Source: Microcystis aeruginosa NIES-2549
GTDB lineage: Bacteria > Cyanobacteriota > Cyanobacteriia > Cyanobacteriales > Microcystaceae
Length of the DNA: 32,000 nucleotides
Direction of reading: 5' to 3'
NCBI RefSeq assembly: GCF_000981785.2
Contig: NZ_CP011304.1
Span: forward strand, 3,120,001 to 3,152,000
Positions 16,656 to 25,689 of this stretch are shown here, piece after piece; within the stretch, counting starts at the first letter, position 1; each line of letters begins with the position of its first letter. The notes beneath the pieces are model-generated. The model was given only the letters and a program-made list of their open reading frames with translations, was not told the DNA's origin and did not search any database. The position numbers were made by a program, and so were the translations under genes.

Positions 16656-17747
16656 ATGAAACAATTTACCCGTTTAATCTTGCTCGTCGGTCTTCTCGCG
16701 GGGGGCTGTTTCTCCCCCTCGATTGCGATCGCTGATAATCCGGCGGGGGCAATCGTGAGCAGGAATTCACAGGTTAACGAACTACTGCGTCAAGCGCGGC
16801 AATTGGTCAGAAATGGCAATTATGGGGAAGCTATAGCCGTTTACGAGCAGGCTGCCGCCCTTGATGGCAATAATGCCAAAATTTTCTCCGGGATCGGCTT
16901 TTTACAAACGCGGCAAGGGGATTATAACGCCGCCGCCCAAGCATACCAAAAAGCTTTAAGTCTCGATCCGAGTAATCCCGACTTTTTCCATGCTCTCGGT
17001 TATAGTTTGGCTAATATCGGCGATTATGACAATGCAGCCACCGCTTACTATTACGCTATCCAAATAGAACCGAAAAACGTCCAACACTACCTCGGTTTAG
17101 GGGTGGTATTATTACGGCAAAAAAACTATGCAAAAGCGGGCGAAGTTTACCAATGGGTTTTAGCTCTCGACCCCAATAATCAGCAAGCCCACGAAATCAT
17201 GGGTAAAGCCTTGATCGAACAGAATAAAAGCAGCGAAGCCCTCGATTTTCTCCAAAAATCCCTGCAAAGATTCCCTAACAATAGTGAATTAAGATTGCAA
17301 CTGGCCAGCCTTTTGCTCAAACAGGGCGATTTAAATGGCGGAACCCAAATTTTAAAGGAAATAGAGCGACAAAGTGCAGGAAATTTTTTAATTCAGCTAA
17401 AAATAGGGATTTTACTCGAAAAACAAGAGCGTTTTGATGAGGCTCTCCCCTTTTATCGTCGGGCTGTTTTCCTGCAACCCCAATCGTTGGAAGCACAAGC
17501 GGGAATCGGTCGCATCCATCTGGCCAGAAAAGATTATCTTGCAGCAATTATCGCCTATCAAGATTTGGCCGAAATCGCCCCCAATAACGCCGATGTCTAT
17601 CTTAATCTCGGTCGGGCCTACGCGGGCCGGGGACGAAAAACAGAGGCAGCGGAAGCTTTTAAGCAAGCGCGAGCGGTTTATGCCCTAAAAAATAATCAAT
17701 CCGGCCTGGAGGAAGTGGATGCCCTGCTGAAGAAATTGGTTGAGTAA
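16656..17747 (+). CDS. secreted/periplasmic TPR-repeat protein
   Basis: 363 aa with an N-terminal signal-like segment (LILLVGLLAGGCFSPSIAIA) followed by about 9 TPR units. Confidence 0.85.
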   Translation: MKQFTRLILLVGLLAGGCFSPSIAIADNPAGAIVSRNSQVNELLRQARQLVRNGNYGEAIAVYEQAAALDGNNAKIFSGIGFLQTRQGDYNAAAQAYQKALSLDPSNPDFFHALGYSLANIGDYDNAATAYYYAIQIEPKNVQHYLGLGVVLLRQKNYAKAGEVYQWVLALDPNNQQAHEIMGKALIEQNKSSEALDFLQKSLQRFPNNSELRLQLASLLLKQGDLNGGTQILKEIERQSAGNFLIQLKIGILLEKQERFDEALPFYRRAVFLQPQSLEAQAGIGRIHLARKDYLAAIIAYQDLAEIAPNNADVYLNLGRAYAGRGRKTEAAEAFKQARAVYALKNNQSGLEEVDALLKKLVE

Positions 17748-17750
17748 AAC

Positions 17751-17813
17751 CAGATCAGTGATCAGTTATCAGTTACCAGTTATCAGATTTGAGTTTTCAG
17801 TTCACTGATGACT
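17751..17813. repeat. heptamer array (GTGATCA/GTTATCA/GTTACCA…, about 9 units, decaying)
   Basis: cagatca gtgatca gttatca gttacca gttatca gatttga gttttca gttcact gatgact. It lies between the convergent TPR and DUF29 genes. Confidence 0.85.
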
Positions 17814-17851
17814 GTTTAGCGATTTAAGGAGTGATTTGGATAGTCAATAGT

Positions 17852-18325
17852 TTATTCCCAATCGATTGGGAGCCATTGATTATCTAAAACCTGTTCGAGA
17901 TTAAAAATTATCTGACTCGGTAAACCGCCGGGGGATAAACCCATTTTTTTCCGGACGGTCTCTAAAGCTGTATGGTAGGATGGCTCAAAAACCTCCCGAA
18001 GATAGGGCTTTAAACTAGGGCTATCCTCCAGTAAATCTTGGATTTCTGCCCGAAAATTATTGATTTCTCCATGACCATGATTGCCATTCTGGCCTCTTTC
18101 CGATTGCCAGTAAGTTAATTTGAGTAAATGTTCTAGGAGACGAGTTAAAAGACTTTTGAGCGCGTGTCTTTCACTTCTCCCCATCGATTCAATCTCCTCA
18201 ATTAAGTTGTCTAAATCCACCTCGGCAAACCGGCCTTTTTTTAATTGTTCTGCCGTGGTTTTTAGCCAGAGATAAAAATCTTCTTCGTATAATGTTAGGG
18301 TCGCTGTTTCTGTCGCTCTAGTCAT
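17852..18325 (-). CDS. DUF29-family protein
   Basis: The family-typical N-terminus, TLYEEDFYLWLKTTAEQLKKGRFAEVDLDNLIEEIESMGRSE, is present. I prefer the ATG at 18325 (157 aa) to the longer ORF start at 18379. Confidence 0.8.
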   Translation of the reverse strand: MTRATETATLTLYEEDFYLWLKTTAEQLKKGRFAEVDLDNLIEEIESMGRSERHALKSLLTRLLEHLLKLTYWQSERGQNGNHGHGEINNFRAEIQDLLEDSPSLKPYLREVFEPSYHTALETVRKKMGLSPGGLPSQIIFNLEQVLDNQWLPIDWE

Positions 18326-18377
18326 GACGGAACTGCCACAGGTGAAAACTAATCGGGATTCTATATTAATTAAACCC

Positions 18378-18401
18378 AAAAAAAAGAGAGCTTGCGCTCT
18401 C
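18378..18401 (-). terminator. rho-independent terminator of the sigma-factor gene
   Basis: On the minus strand the sequence is GAGAGC-gcaa-GCTCTC followed by T8 (plus-strand A-run at 18378-18385). It begins 24 nt after the sigma gene stop. Confidence 0.75.
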
Positions 18402-18425
18402 CTTCTGGGTTATTTGCTAATTTTA

Positions 18426-19412
18426 CTAACTAGCGACAATATATTCCTTGACGTTGGCCCGGCGACGGCGTAAATGAGCCAGGGCCTGGTGTTCTAATTG
18501 TCGCACTCGTTCCCGACTGATGTTCATTCTCTGACCAATTTTGGCTAGGGATAACTCTTTGCCATCGGTTAAACCAAACCGGAGAGTAATCACTTCCCGT
18601 TGTTGGGGAGTTAATTCGGCCAGGAGATTGGCTAAGTCTTGCCGTAATAACTCTTGGGTGATGAAGGTATCGGGAGAAACTCCGCTATCTTCTAATAGTT
18701 CCGACAATTCCGTATCTTGGTTATCGCCGACGCGCACATCAAGGGAGATGGGTTGACGGGCCATACTGAGGTATTCGCGGATTTGAGCGGGTTCTAGCTC
18801 TAATTCCAGGGCAATCTCGGCAGGAGTGGCACTTCTGCCCAGTTTTTGGGCGAGTTCGCGCTGGGTTCTTTTGATTTTATTCAGTTTTTCGGTGATATGG
18901 ATGGGTAAACGAATGGTGCGGGCCTGTTGAGCGATCGCACGAGTAATCGCTTGCCGAATCCACCAGTAGGCATAGGTAGAAAATTTATAACCTTTGGTGG
19001 GATCAAATTTCTCTACACCTCTTTCTAATCCCAGACTACCCTCTTGAATTAGATCTAGGAATTCCATGTTCCGCTTTTGATATTTTTTGGCGATCGCAAC
19101 TACCAAGCGGAGGTTAGCTTCAATCATTTTCCGTTTAGCTCGATCGCCAGCCTTCAAGGCGCGATCCAGTTCATTTTCGCTTAAATTCACAGAATCCGCC
19201 CACTCCAAGCGATCTGGTTCCCGTCCTAATTGCTTCGATAGTGCTTCTTTCGCTTCTAACAGGCTCATCATCCGTTGGACTTGTTTGCCGTAAATAATTT
19301 CTTGTTCGTGAGTTAGGAGAGGAACTCGCCCAATTTCGTGCAGATAGGTACGCACCATATCGGCATTAAGGGTGGGCAGTGGTTGAGTTTGGTTGGTTTT
19401 TGCGGTGGGCAT
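18426..19412 (-). CDS. group 2 (RpoD-like, non-essential type) sigma-70 factor
   Basis: 328 aa. The region 2 motifs [14 protein letters not shown] and [17 protein letters not shown] are present, as is region 4, [18 protein letters not shown]. It is too short to carry the region 1.1 of a primary sigma factor. Confidence 0.92.
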   Translation of the reverse strand: MPTAKTNQTQPLPTLNADMVRTYLHEIGRVPLLTHEQEIIYGKQVQRMMSLLEAKEALSKQLGREPDRLEWADSVNLSENELDRALKAGDRAKRKMIEANLRLVVAIAKKYQKRNMEFLDLIQEGSLGLERGVEKFDPTKGYKFSTYAYWWIRQAITRAIAQQARTIRLPIHITEKLNKIKRTQRELAQKLGRSATPAEIALELELEPAQIREYLSMARQPISLDVRVGDNQDTELSELLEDSGVSPDTFITQELLRQDLANLLAELTPQQREVITLRFGLTDGKELSLAKIGQRMNISRERVRQLEHQALAHLRRRRANVKEYIVAS

Positions 19413-20114
19413 TGGTTTGGTGGTGACTCCTTGACACAGAAAAAGTCTGTTACTATTCCGACTCGCGGGTGAGTCTGGCTTATCTGAAGTCGGTATGAGT
19501 TCGATCGGAATTTCTTTGATTGTATCCTGCGCTTTTAGACGCAGACAATCCCCTAAAGGTTCAGAGTTAATTCATTCTTTGGTATGATGTTAGGTTTATC
19601 CTTTTTTCTCAACATCCAGAACAAAAGTATTATAGTGTAGGACTATCAACTACAATCGCTTGTTTTTGGGTCGCTTTTTCCTGAATCCTCGGTAGTGCCT
19701 CTGATACTGTTAGGTAAGATTACAGGACAAAAAGGTGATTTTCCCGATTAGCTGTAAACAATCTGGCCGACTTTCGACCTTTTCGCCCTCAGCTTTGAGA
19801 GCAAAGCAGAACCAAGCTGAAAACTGACAGCCGAGAACCGACTTCTATATATATAATGACCGATCAACACCAGCAAAGGGAGATGTAATCATGGCGGATT
19901 TCCGAACTATTTTCTGTAGTATTTGCTACAAAATGCCAAATTAGCCGCGATTGAGAATCGGGAAAAATTGTTATAAAAATTAGGATTGCTAGGGGGGTAA
20001 TAACTATCATAGAGACAGCAGGGCGGAGATCGGGATAAATTATCGTTGAAACCAAGCTCGATCGCACTCTCCACAATACCGTTCTGTGGAACTCCTGAAC
20101 AATGAGGACTTACT

Positions 20115-21539
20115 ATGACTAAAACCGTCGTTATCGATCCCGTCACCCGGATCGAAGGCCATGCCAAGATCTCGATTTTCCTTGACGATGCGGGTGAAGT
20201 GGATGACGTGCGTTTTCATGTAGTCGAGTATCGCGGTTTTGAGAAATTCTGCGAGGGACGGCCGATGTGGGAGATGGCGGGAATTACTGCCCGAATTTGC
20301 GGCATTTGCCCCGTTAGTCACCTACTTTGTGCCGCCAAAACCGGTGATAAAATTCTAGCGGTGCAAATCCCCCCCGCGGGTGAAAAACTGCGGCGCTTGA
20401 TGAATTTGGGACAGTTAACCCAATCCCATGCTTTAAGCTTTTTCCATCTTAGCAGTCCCGATTTTCTGCTTGGTTGGGAAAGTGACCCCGCCAAACGGAA
20501 TATTTTCGGTTTAATCGCGGCCGATCCCGACCTAGCGCGAGCAGGCATCCGTTTACGTCAATTTGGACAGAAGGTTATCGAACTTTTGGGGGCGAAAAAA
20601 ATTCACCCCGCTTGGTCTGTCCCGGGGGGTGTGCGTTCTCCCTTAAGCGAAGAAGGGCGACAATGGATTAAAGAACGATTGCCAGAGTCTAAAGCGACTC
20701 TTTACACCGCTTTAAACCTGTTTAAAGGACTTCTGGACAATTTAACCACAGAAATCGCCGCTTTTGGTAATTTCCCTTCCCTGTTTATGGGATTGGTCGG
20801 TAAACGGGACGAGTGGGAACACTACGGTGGTCATATTCGTTTTACCGATAGTCAAGGCAATATCGTGGCCGATAACCTGAGCGAAGACAATTATCGCGAT
20901 TATATCGGCGAATCAGTAGAAAAATGGTCTTATTTGAAGTTTCCCTACTATAAACCCCTCGGTTATCCCAACGGTATCTATCGGGTCGGTCCGTTGGCAC
21001 GCTTAAATGTTTGTTCCCATTTTGGCACGGAGGGAGCGGATATGGAGTTACGCGAATATCGCCATCGGGTCGGTGGTGTAGCTACTTCTTCTTTTTACTA
21101 TCATTATGCCCGATTAGTCGAGATTTTAGGCTGTTTAGAGCGTATCGAACTTTTAATCGACGATCCCGATATCTTCTCTAAACGCTGCCGGGCCGAAGCG
21201 GGAATTAATAATCTGCAAGGGGTGGGAGTTAGTGAAGCGCCCCGGGGTACTTTATTCCATGATTATAAAGTGGATGAAAATGGTTTAATTGAAACGGTGA
21301 ATTTAATTATTGCCACGGGTAATAATAATTTGGCCATGAATCAAACGGTGAAACAAATCGCCCAACATTATATCCATGGTGGCGAAATTCCCGAAGCGAT
21401 GTTAAACCGGGTGGAAGCGGGTATTCGTTGCTATGATCCCTGTTTAAGTTGTTCCACTCACGCTATGGGACAAATGCCGCTACAGCTAGAGTTAGTTAAT
21501 GCAGCCGGTGAGGTGATTAATACTCGACAAAGGGGTTAA
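20115..21539 (+). CDS. hoxH: [NiFe] bidirectional hydrogenase large subunit HoxH
   Basis: 474 aa with VTRIEGH, the N-terminal Ni-Fe ligand motif [10 protein letters not shown] and the C-terminal ligand motif [10 protein letters not shown] 25-aa tail follows, the substrate of a HoxW-type endopeptidase. Confidence 0.93.
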   Translation: MTKTVVIDPVTRIEGHAKISIFLDDAGEVDDVRFHVVEYRGFEKFCEGRPMWEMAGITARICGICPVSHLLCAAKTGDKILAVQIPPAGEKLRRLMNLGQLTQSHALSFFHLSSPDFLLGWESDPAKRNIFGLIAADPDLARAGIRLRQFGQKVIELLGAKKIHPAWSVPGGVRSPLSEEGRQWIKERLPESKATLYTALNLFKGLLDNLTTEIAAFGNFPSLFMGLVGKRDEWEHYGGHIRFTDSQGNIVADNLSEDNYRDYIGESVEKWSYLKFPYYKPLGYPNGIYRVGPLARLNVCSHFGTEGADMELREYRHRVGGVATSSFYYHYARLVEILGCLERIELLIDDPDIFSKRCRAEAGINNLQGVGVSEAPRGTLFHDYKVDENGLIETVNLIIATGNNNLAMNQTVKQIAQHYIHGGEIPEAMLNRVEAGIRCYDPCLSCSTHAMGQMPLQLELVNAAGEVINTRQRG

Positions 21540-21628
21540 TTATCTAAGTTGTTAGGGTGTTGGGAAATAGGGCAAATTCCTCGCGCATTGATAGTATCAA
21601 TCTTAATTGAAATGACTATATTAACCTC

Positions 21629-22291
21629 TCACAATAAACCGCGATAGCGGATAAAAACGAGGATTACTGCCCAGGAACCTAAAGCTACTTTAACGGCGAC
21701 TAAAATGTTTAGTATTGGTAAAATGCCGCCACTAAATAGCGCCCCTAATTCCCCGTGGGGTAACTCAAATCCTGAGAGAGTAATGGCGGCTAAAACAATA
21801 AAAACTAAGACGGAAATTTTCTCCCATGTTGCCGCTTGCCAACGGCGATAAATTGCTTGCATCCATTCGGGAGACGAGGTAATTGCTATTAAACCAATTG
21901 CCGTACCTCCGGCGACTCCGGCGGCAAAACCTCCCCCCGGACTTAAATGTCCGCGGATAGCTAATTCAATGCCCACTAAAGCGGCAATTGTTGCCCCTAA
22001 ACGGGCTAAAATAATTGAAGGTTGGTCAGTAAATTGATGGATTTTACTGGCGGGTTTTTCGGTGGCTAAAAGAAAATTCGCCCCCATAATGGCAATGGTA
22101 AAAACAATCACTTCATAGATGGTATCGTAAAGACGATTACGAAAAATAACCACCGAAACCGCATTAGGAACACCGCCGTCGTCCACCAGGGATTTAACAA
22201 TTTCTAAGGATGATACAGAGGAAGCAGTATTGGGAATAATTACCATTTTGACAGCGAAGGCAATGGCGGCTAGAGTGTAAATCCATTTCAT
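21629..22291 (-). CDS. mrpB: Na+/H+ antiporter Mrp subunit B (MnhB-like)
   Basis: 220-aa polytopic membrane protein, last gene of the mrp cluster. Its start overlaps the preceding stop by 1 nt. Confidence 0.75.
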   Translation of the reverse strand: MKWIYTLAAIAFAVKMVIIPNTASSVSSLEIVKSLVDDGGVPNAVSVVIFRNRLYDTIYEVIVFTIAIMGANFLLATEKPASKIHQFTDQPSIILARLGATIAALVGIELAIRGHLSPGGGFAAGVAGGTAIGLIAITSSPEWMQAIYRRWQAATWEKISVLVFIVLAAITLSGFELPHGELGALFSGGILPILNILVAVKVALGSWAVILVFIRYRGLL

Positions 22292-22833
22292 TAGTGTTTC
22301 TCCTCTAATTTGGGGGTTTCAATACAGGTTAAAATCGTGTTTGCTGCCGTTAATTCATTTTTAAAAATATCGTAGAGATAGGGTAATCTAATTGTGGTTT
22401 CGTAGGGGATGGTTTCTGGATTGTCTTGACGGATACAGACGGCATGAATATCCTTATCCATAAGTGCCTGTTGCAAAGCTTGTTTATCACTGTAGGCAAC
22501 CAATTCTAAACGCATAAAACGTTTACTTAAAACCGTTTGTAGTTGAGTTTTTAACTGTTCTAAAACCGTATCGGTTTCCTCGGCAATTACTCCTAAACGC
22601 ATCACTAAAGAGGAACGAATCGCCACCGCGTAGAGAGTTACGGCTAACATGGTTCCCATCAAAGCTTCGGTTAAAGACACATCTGCTGCCCCTAATAAAG
22701 CATAAACTAAGGCTGCTATTGCCCCTAAAACCCCGCGAATTACTAAAGCTTGGTAGGGATTGGATTGTAACATCACCATCGCCGCAGTTAAAGGCAAGAG
22801 GGCAACAATAACATAGAGATAACTTTCATTCAT
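22291..22833 (-). CDS. mrpA: short cyanobacterial-type MrpA (MrpA C-terminal / MbhD / DUF4040-like membrane domain) with a soluble C-terminal extension of about 100 aa
   Basis: The N-terminal 75 aa contain the DUF4040-like motif LLGAADVSLTEALMGT within 2-3 TM helices. Residues from about 80 to 180 are hydrophilic. Confidence 0.6.
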   Translation of the reverse strand: MNESYLYVIVALLPLTAAMVMLQSNPYQALVIRGVLGAIAALVYALLGAADVSLTEALMGTMLAVTLYAVAIRSSLVMRLGVIAEETDTVLEQLKTQLQTVLSKRFMRLELVAYSDKQALQQALMDKDIHAVCIRQDNPETIPYETTIRLPYLYDIFKNELTAANTILTCIETPKLEEKH

Positions 22834-22841
22834 CTTTAATT

Positions 22842-23111
22842 TTACTCTCGATCGCTAGAAGTATAAGCTAAAACGTAGCCTAACATGGTGTTCCAAATTG
22901 CTAAGGAAATTATTGCCAATAATAATAAAGGCCAATTTTGGGGAACTTTCAAAAGTAGCCCGAAAATAATCGCCATGGAACCCAAGGTATCAGCGACAGA
23001 TAGACCATGTAATTTATATAATACCGAGCGCTTGTCTAAAAGATGCGCCGTTCCCCAAAACCAGAAAAAAACTCCGATAGCGATGCAGATATAACTCAAA
23101 ATGTCAATCAT
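22842..23111 (-). CDS. mrpG: Mrp subunit G (MnhG-like)
   Basis: 89 aa with 3 TM segments and the motif …DKRSVLYKLHGLSVADTLG… typical of MnhG. It has a 4-nt overlap with mrpF. Confidence 0.8.
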   Translation of the reverse strand: MIDILSYICIAIGVFFWFWGTAHLLDKRSVLYKLHGLSVADTLGSMAIIFGLLLKVPQNWPLLLLAIISLAIWNTMLGYVLAYTSSDRE

Positions 23112-23359
23112 GATTCGTTCAGTCGTTTAAGAATTTGTGCTAATAACATAAAGCCAGCATTACCGACACTGAGAATAATCACTGCTACCACTCCAATCAT
23201 CCAATCATCCCGCAGAACCGACACCACTAGAATAATAATCGATGATTTACTAGAAGCACTGGCAAAGGCGGCCATTTTTTGCCAGATGTCATCATTTCTT
23301 GCCACTTCATAAAGGGGAATTAATAGGGCGACAATCATGGCAATGAGAACAATATTCAT
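23108..23359 (-). CDS. mrpF: Mrp subunit F (MnhF-like)
   Basis: 83 aa with 3 TM segments. ATGA-type overlaps on both sides place it in the mrp operon. Confidence 0.75.
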   Translation of the reverse strand: MNIVLIAMIVALLIPLYEVARNDDIWQKMAAFASASSKSSIIILVVSVLRDDWMIGVVAVIILSVGNAGFMLLAQILKRLNES

Positions 23360-23739
23360 CCCTGGGAACTCCGTTTAATTAGATGAACTTCATAACCTTC
23401 ATTTTCCTTGTATTCGGTGACGATAGTTTTCGGGGTAAAGGTAATGAGAAATATATCCCAAAAAGCCAGTCTGGGTGAACGTTTACCCGAAATTCTCTCC
23501 AAAATAATTTCTTCTTCCTTGTGGGGACGAAGGATAATTTCAAACGCTTCTTTATAAGCTTGAGGAATAGCTATAAAGACTTTAATTATTACCTTTAACC
23601 AATCGCCTAAAGTTTCGCTAGAGGCGAAATTACGGGGCAAAAGAAAAGCAATAGCCACCCCGATCATAATGTTCGCAGGGGTAAAATTAGCGGTGAGTAA
23701 AAACCACATAGTTAAACGCAGAATTATATGTCCGATCAT
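23356..23739 (-). CDS. mrpE: Mrp subunit E (MnhE-like)
   Basis: I prefer the ATG at 23737-23739, which overlaps the mrpD stop TGA (23736-23738) in an ATGA junction. This gives 127 aa, starting MIGHIILRLTMWFLLT…. Confidence 0.75.
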   Translation of the reverse strand: MIGHIILRLTMWFLLTANFTPANIMIGVAIAFLLPRNFASSETLGDWLKVIIKVFIAIPQAYKEAFEIILRPHKEEEIILERISGKRSPRLAFWDIFLITFTPKTIVTEYKENEGYEVHLIKRSSQG

Positions 23740-25172
23740 GCTAAGACCATCCAAAACAATAGAACTAACATTATACTCATCATACCGACCAGATTATCAA
23801 ATTGTTCCCAGGCCCGTGATAATTTTAGGGATAACTTTTTGAAAACTCCCAGATATAACCACCACCCCGCACCGATGACGGCTAAAGCTTTGATAATATT
23901 GGGTAGATTATAAGCTTCAACATAGACGGCATTGGATAAAAATAGGGCGGCAAGGAGCAGAATTATTGCTGTCCAGAAACCGATAGTTAACTTCTGTTTA
24001 CTTTCGCCACCCGCGTGGGGTAAAAAGATAAATTTAGCAAAGGAAATCGCCGTCCCAACCGCCACAAGATTGATCATAATCTCTTGCCAGGGGACTAAAT
24101 TTTTCATCGTTAACGCTTTCGCACCAAAACCAGATAATAGGGGGAATCCGGAGATAGAAAAACTAGCAACCACTAGGGCAATCCAGAGAGAATTAGGGAG
24201 CGATTGTTGCTGTAATTCTTTAAAATTGCGACTGGGTAAAACTCCCGCTAACAGAAATAGGCAAGATTTAACTAAACCGTGGGTAAGGGTATAAAAACCA
24301 CTGACTACCGGAGCCGCTAAAATAAAACCTAACTGGGAAATAGTATGGAAGGCTAACATCCGCTTGCTATCCTTTTCAAACACTGCGTATGACACGCCAA
24401 AAATCGCCGTTAGCACCCCGAAAATCCGAATTAGGACATCCAAATCGTCTAGGATTAAAGCACAGCGCAGGAGGGGAAAAATGCCAGCTTTTACCACCAC
24501 CCCCGACATCAGCGCCGAGACGGAGGTTTCCGATTCCGAGTGTGTCATCGGTAGCCATAATCCCGAGACAAAGATTCCCCCTTTGACTAATAATCCCATG
24601 AAGATTAAAGCCAAGGCTTCGGGAGGTGCGTCCTTTAAACCAGCAAAAGCAAAGGAATTATTGGCTTTATAGACTAAAACTGCGCCAATAAGGTAAAATA
24701 ACATCGCCACATTGCTGATAAACAGATAACGCAGGGCAACCCAGAGAGAGCGATCGCTGCGAGGGTAGGCAATCACCAGAAAAGCGGCAATACTAATTAC
24801 TTCTAGGGCAACGTAAACGCTAATAAAATCCTCACAGACGAAGACAGAATTAATGCTGCCGTGGAGAATGATAGCTTGGGCGTAAAAAAAAGCGGTTTTG
24901 CTACTTTCCCAGTTATAAAAAATAACTGCCATCGTCACCAGGGCATTAGTGAGGATAAAATAGGCACTTAACTGATCGGCTACCAGTCTCACGCCATAAT
25001 TATCTAGTAGGTTAAGGGTTATGGGGGAGGATTGGCTAAATAGAAGGAGAGAATAGGCGAGAGAGATAATAGTGGCGGCGAGAGCCAGATATTTGTCTAA
25101 TCGCGGCAATAAATAGATGATAAAGCCGATCAAAAAGGGTAAACTTATCCAGGCGATCGTTAAAGTATTCAT
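23736..25172 (-). CDS. mrpD: Mrp subunit D (antiporter-like, NuoN/NdhD family proton-conducting subunit)
   Basis: 478-aa protein with about 14 TM segments and the complex-I antiporter-like pattern (…HGSINSV…, …WLPMTHSESETSVSALMSGVVVKAG…). Confidence 0.88.
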   Translation of the reverse strand: MNTLTIAWISLPFLIGFIIYLLPRLDKYLALAATIISLAYSLLLFSQSSPITLNLLDNYGVRLVADQLSAYFILTNALVTMAVIFYNWESSKTAFFYAQAIILHGSINSVFVCEDFISVYVALEVISIAAFLVIAYPRSDRSLWVALRYLFISNVAMLFYLIGAVLVYKANNSFAFAGLKDAPPEALALIFMGLLVKGGIFVSGLWLPMTHSESETSVSALMSGVVVKAGIFPLLRCALILDDLDVLIRIFGVLTAIFGVSYAVFEKDSKRMLAFHTISQLGFILAAPVVSGFYTLTHGLVKSCLFLLAGVLPSRNFKELQQQSLPNSLWIALVVASFSISGFPLLSGFGAKALTMKNLVPWQEIMINLVAVGTAISFAKFIFLPHAGGESKQKLTIGFWTAIILLLAALFLSNAVYVEAYNLPNIIKALAVIGAGWWLYLGVFKKLSLKLSRAWEQFDNLVGMMSIMLVLLFWMVLA

Positions 25173-25516
25173 GGTGTGTTATTTTTTTCTATCTCGCTGC
25201 TGTCGAGGGTGGGGTTATCTTTGGCTAATTTCATCACTCCCACCAGCATTAACGCCTGAATCGAAAAACCGATGACGATCGCTGTTAAAATCACTGCTTG
25301 AGGTACAGGATCGGCGTAATCTTGCTGTTTAACTGTACTGAGGATGGGAGTAAATAAACCGTCACGGGAAGAAATCACCACATAGTAGGCGATAACGCCC
25401 GTACTCATGACATCCATGGCGATAATCTTCATGATTAAGTTTTTTTTCAGGAATGTTCCTAAAAATCCGCACAAAACGGTGGCGAATACAAACAACTCTA
25501 GGAGGGGAATCGTCAC
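25169..25516 (-). CDS. mrpC: Mrp subunit C (MnhC / NuoK-like)
   Basis: 115 aa with a GTG start. It carries the motif ADPVPQAVILTAIVIGFS typical of MnhC and has a 4-nt overlap with mrpD. Confidence 0.85.
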   Translation of the reverse strand: MTIPLLELFVFATVLCGFLGTFLKKNLIMKIIAMDVMSTGVIAYYVVISSRDGLFTPILSTVKQQDYADPVPQAVILTAIVIGFSIQALMLVGVMKLAKDNPTLDSSEIEKNNTP

Positions 25517-25604
25517 TGGGCTTCTTGATTAGATTTGGTTATGAGTCAAAATACTTTTTCTAATTATCCTCGATCGAGTCCCAATTGATCAAAAAATTCT
25601 CAAG

Positions 25605-25632
25605 ATTATGGGGGGAATTTTCGGGCGGTCAA
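25605..25632 (-). promoter_or_regulatory. candidate sigma70-type promoter for the mrp operon (-35 TTGACC, 16-nt spacer, -10 CATAAT)
   Basis: On the minus strand, TTGACC lies at 25632-25627 and CATAAT at 25610-25605, about 90 nt upstream of the mrpC GTG. This is a motif match only. Confidence 0.4.
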
Positions 25633-25662
25633 TAGATTGTTTTAGATCTATAATTATTATTG

Positions 25663-25689
25663 AAAAAATAAAAGCAAGCGGTTTCGCTT
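25663..25689 (-). terminator. weak terminator candidate after the accessory cassette
   Basis: On the minus strand, a 5-bp stem aagcg-aaac-cgctt is followed by gcttttatttttt. The stem is short, so confidence is low. Confidence 0.3.

Noticed and set aside
17317-17688. Three overlapping ORFs inside the 363-aa TPR gene
   Set aside because: The TPR frame has regular repeat structure. The alternatives are shadows.
19864-20548. Minus-strand ORFs overlapping the hoxH 5' region (19864-20076, 19907-20167, 20040-20321, 20318-20548), and a 17-codon ATG ORF at 19891-19944
   Set aside because: They have no motifs, they mutually overlap, and part of them is antisense to hoxH. The 17-codon ORF has no SD and nothing to support it.
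23728-24672. Plus- and minus-strand ORFs inside mrpD (23728-23913, 23932-24294, 24364-24672, 24376-24558, 24389-24586)
   Set aside because: They are shadows of the long, clearly homologous mrpD frame, and their composition is biased (Arg/Pro/Ser-rich).
20115-25516. hoxH and the adjacent Mrp-type cluster forming an Mbh/Ech-like membrane-bound hydrogenase
   Set aside because: The two units are convergent, not co-transcribed. HoxH has the soluble bidirectional-type signatures and a cleavable tail. There is no small subunit and no NuoB/C/D/H/I-like connecting or anchor gene. The adjacency is most simply coincidence.
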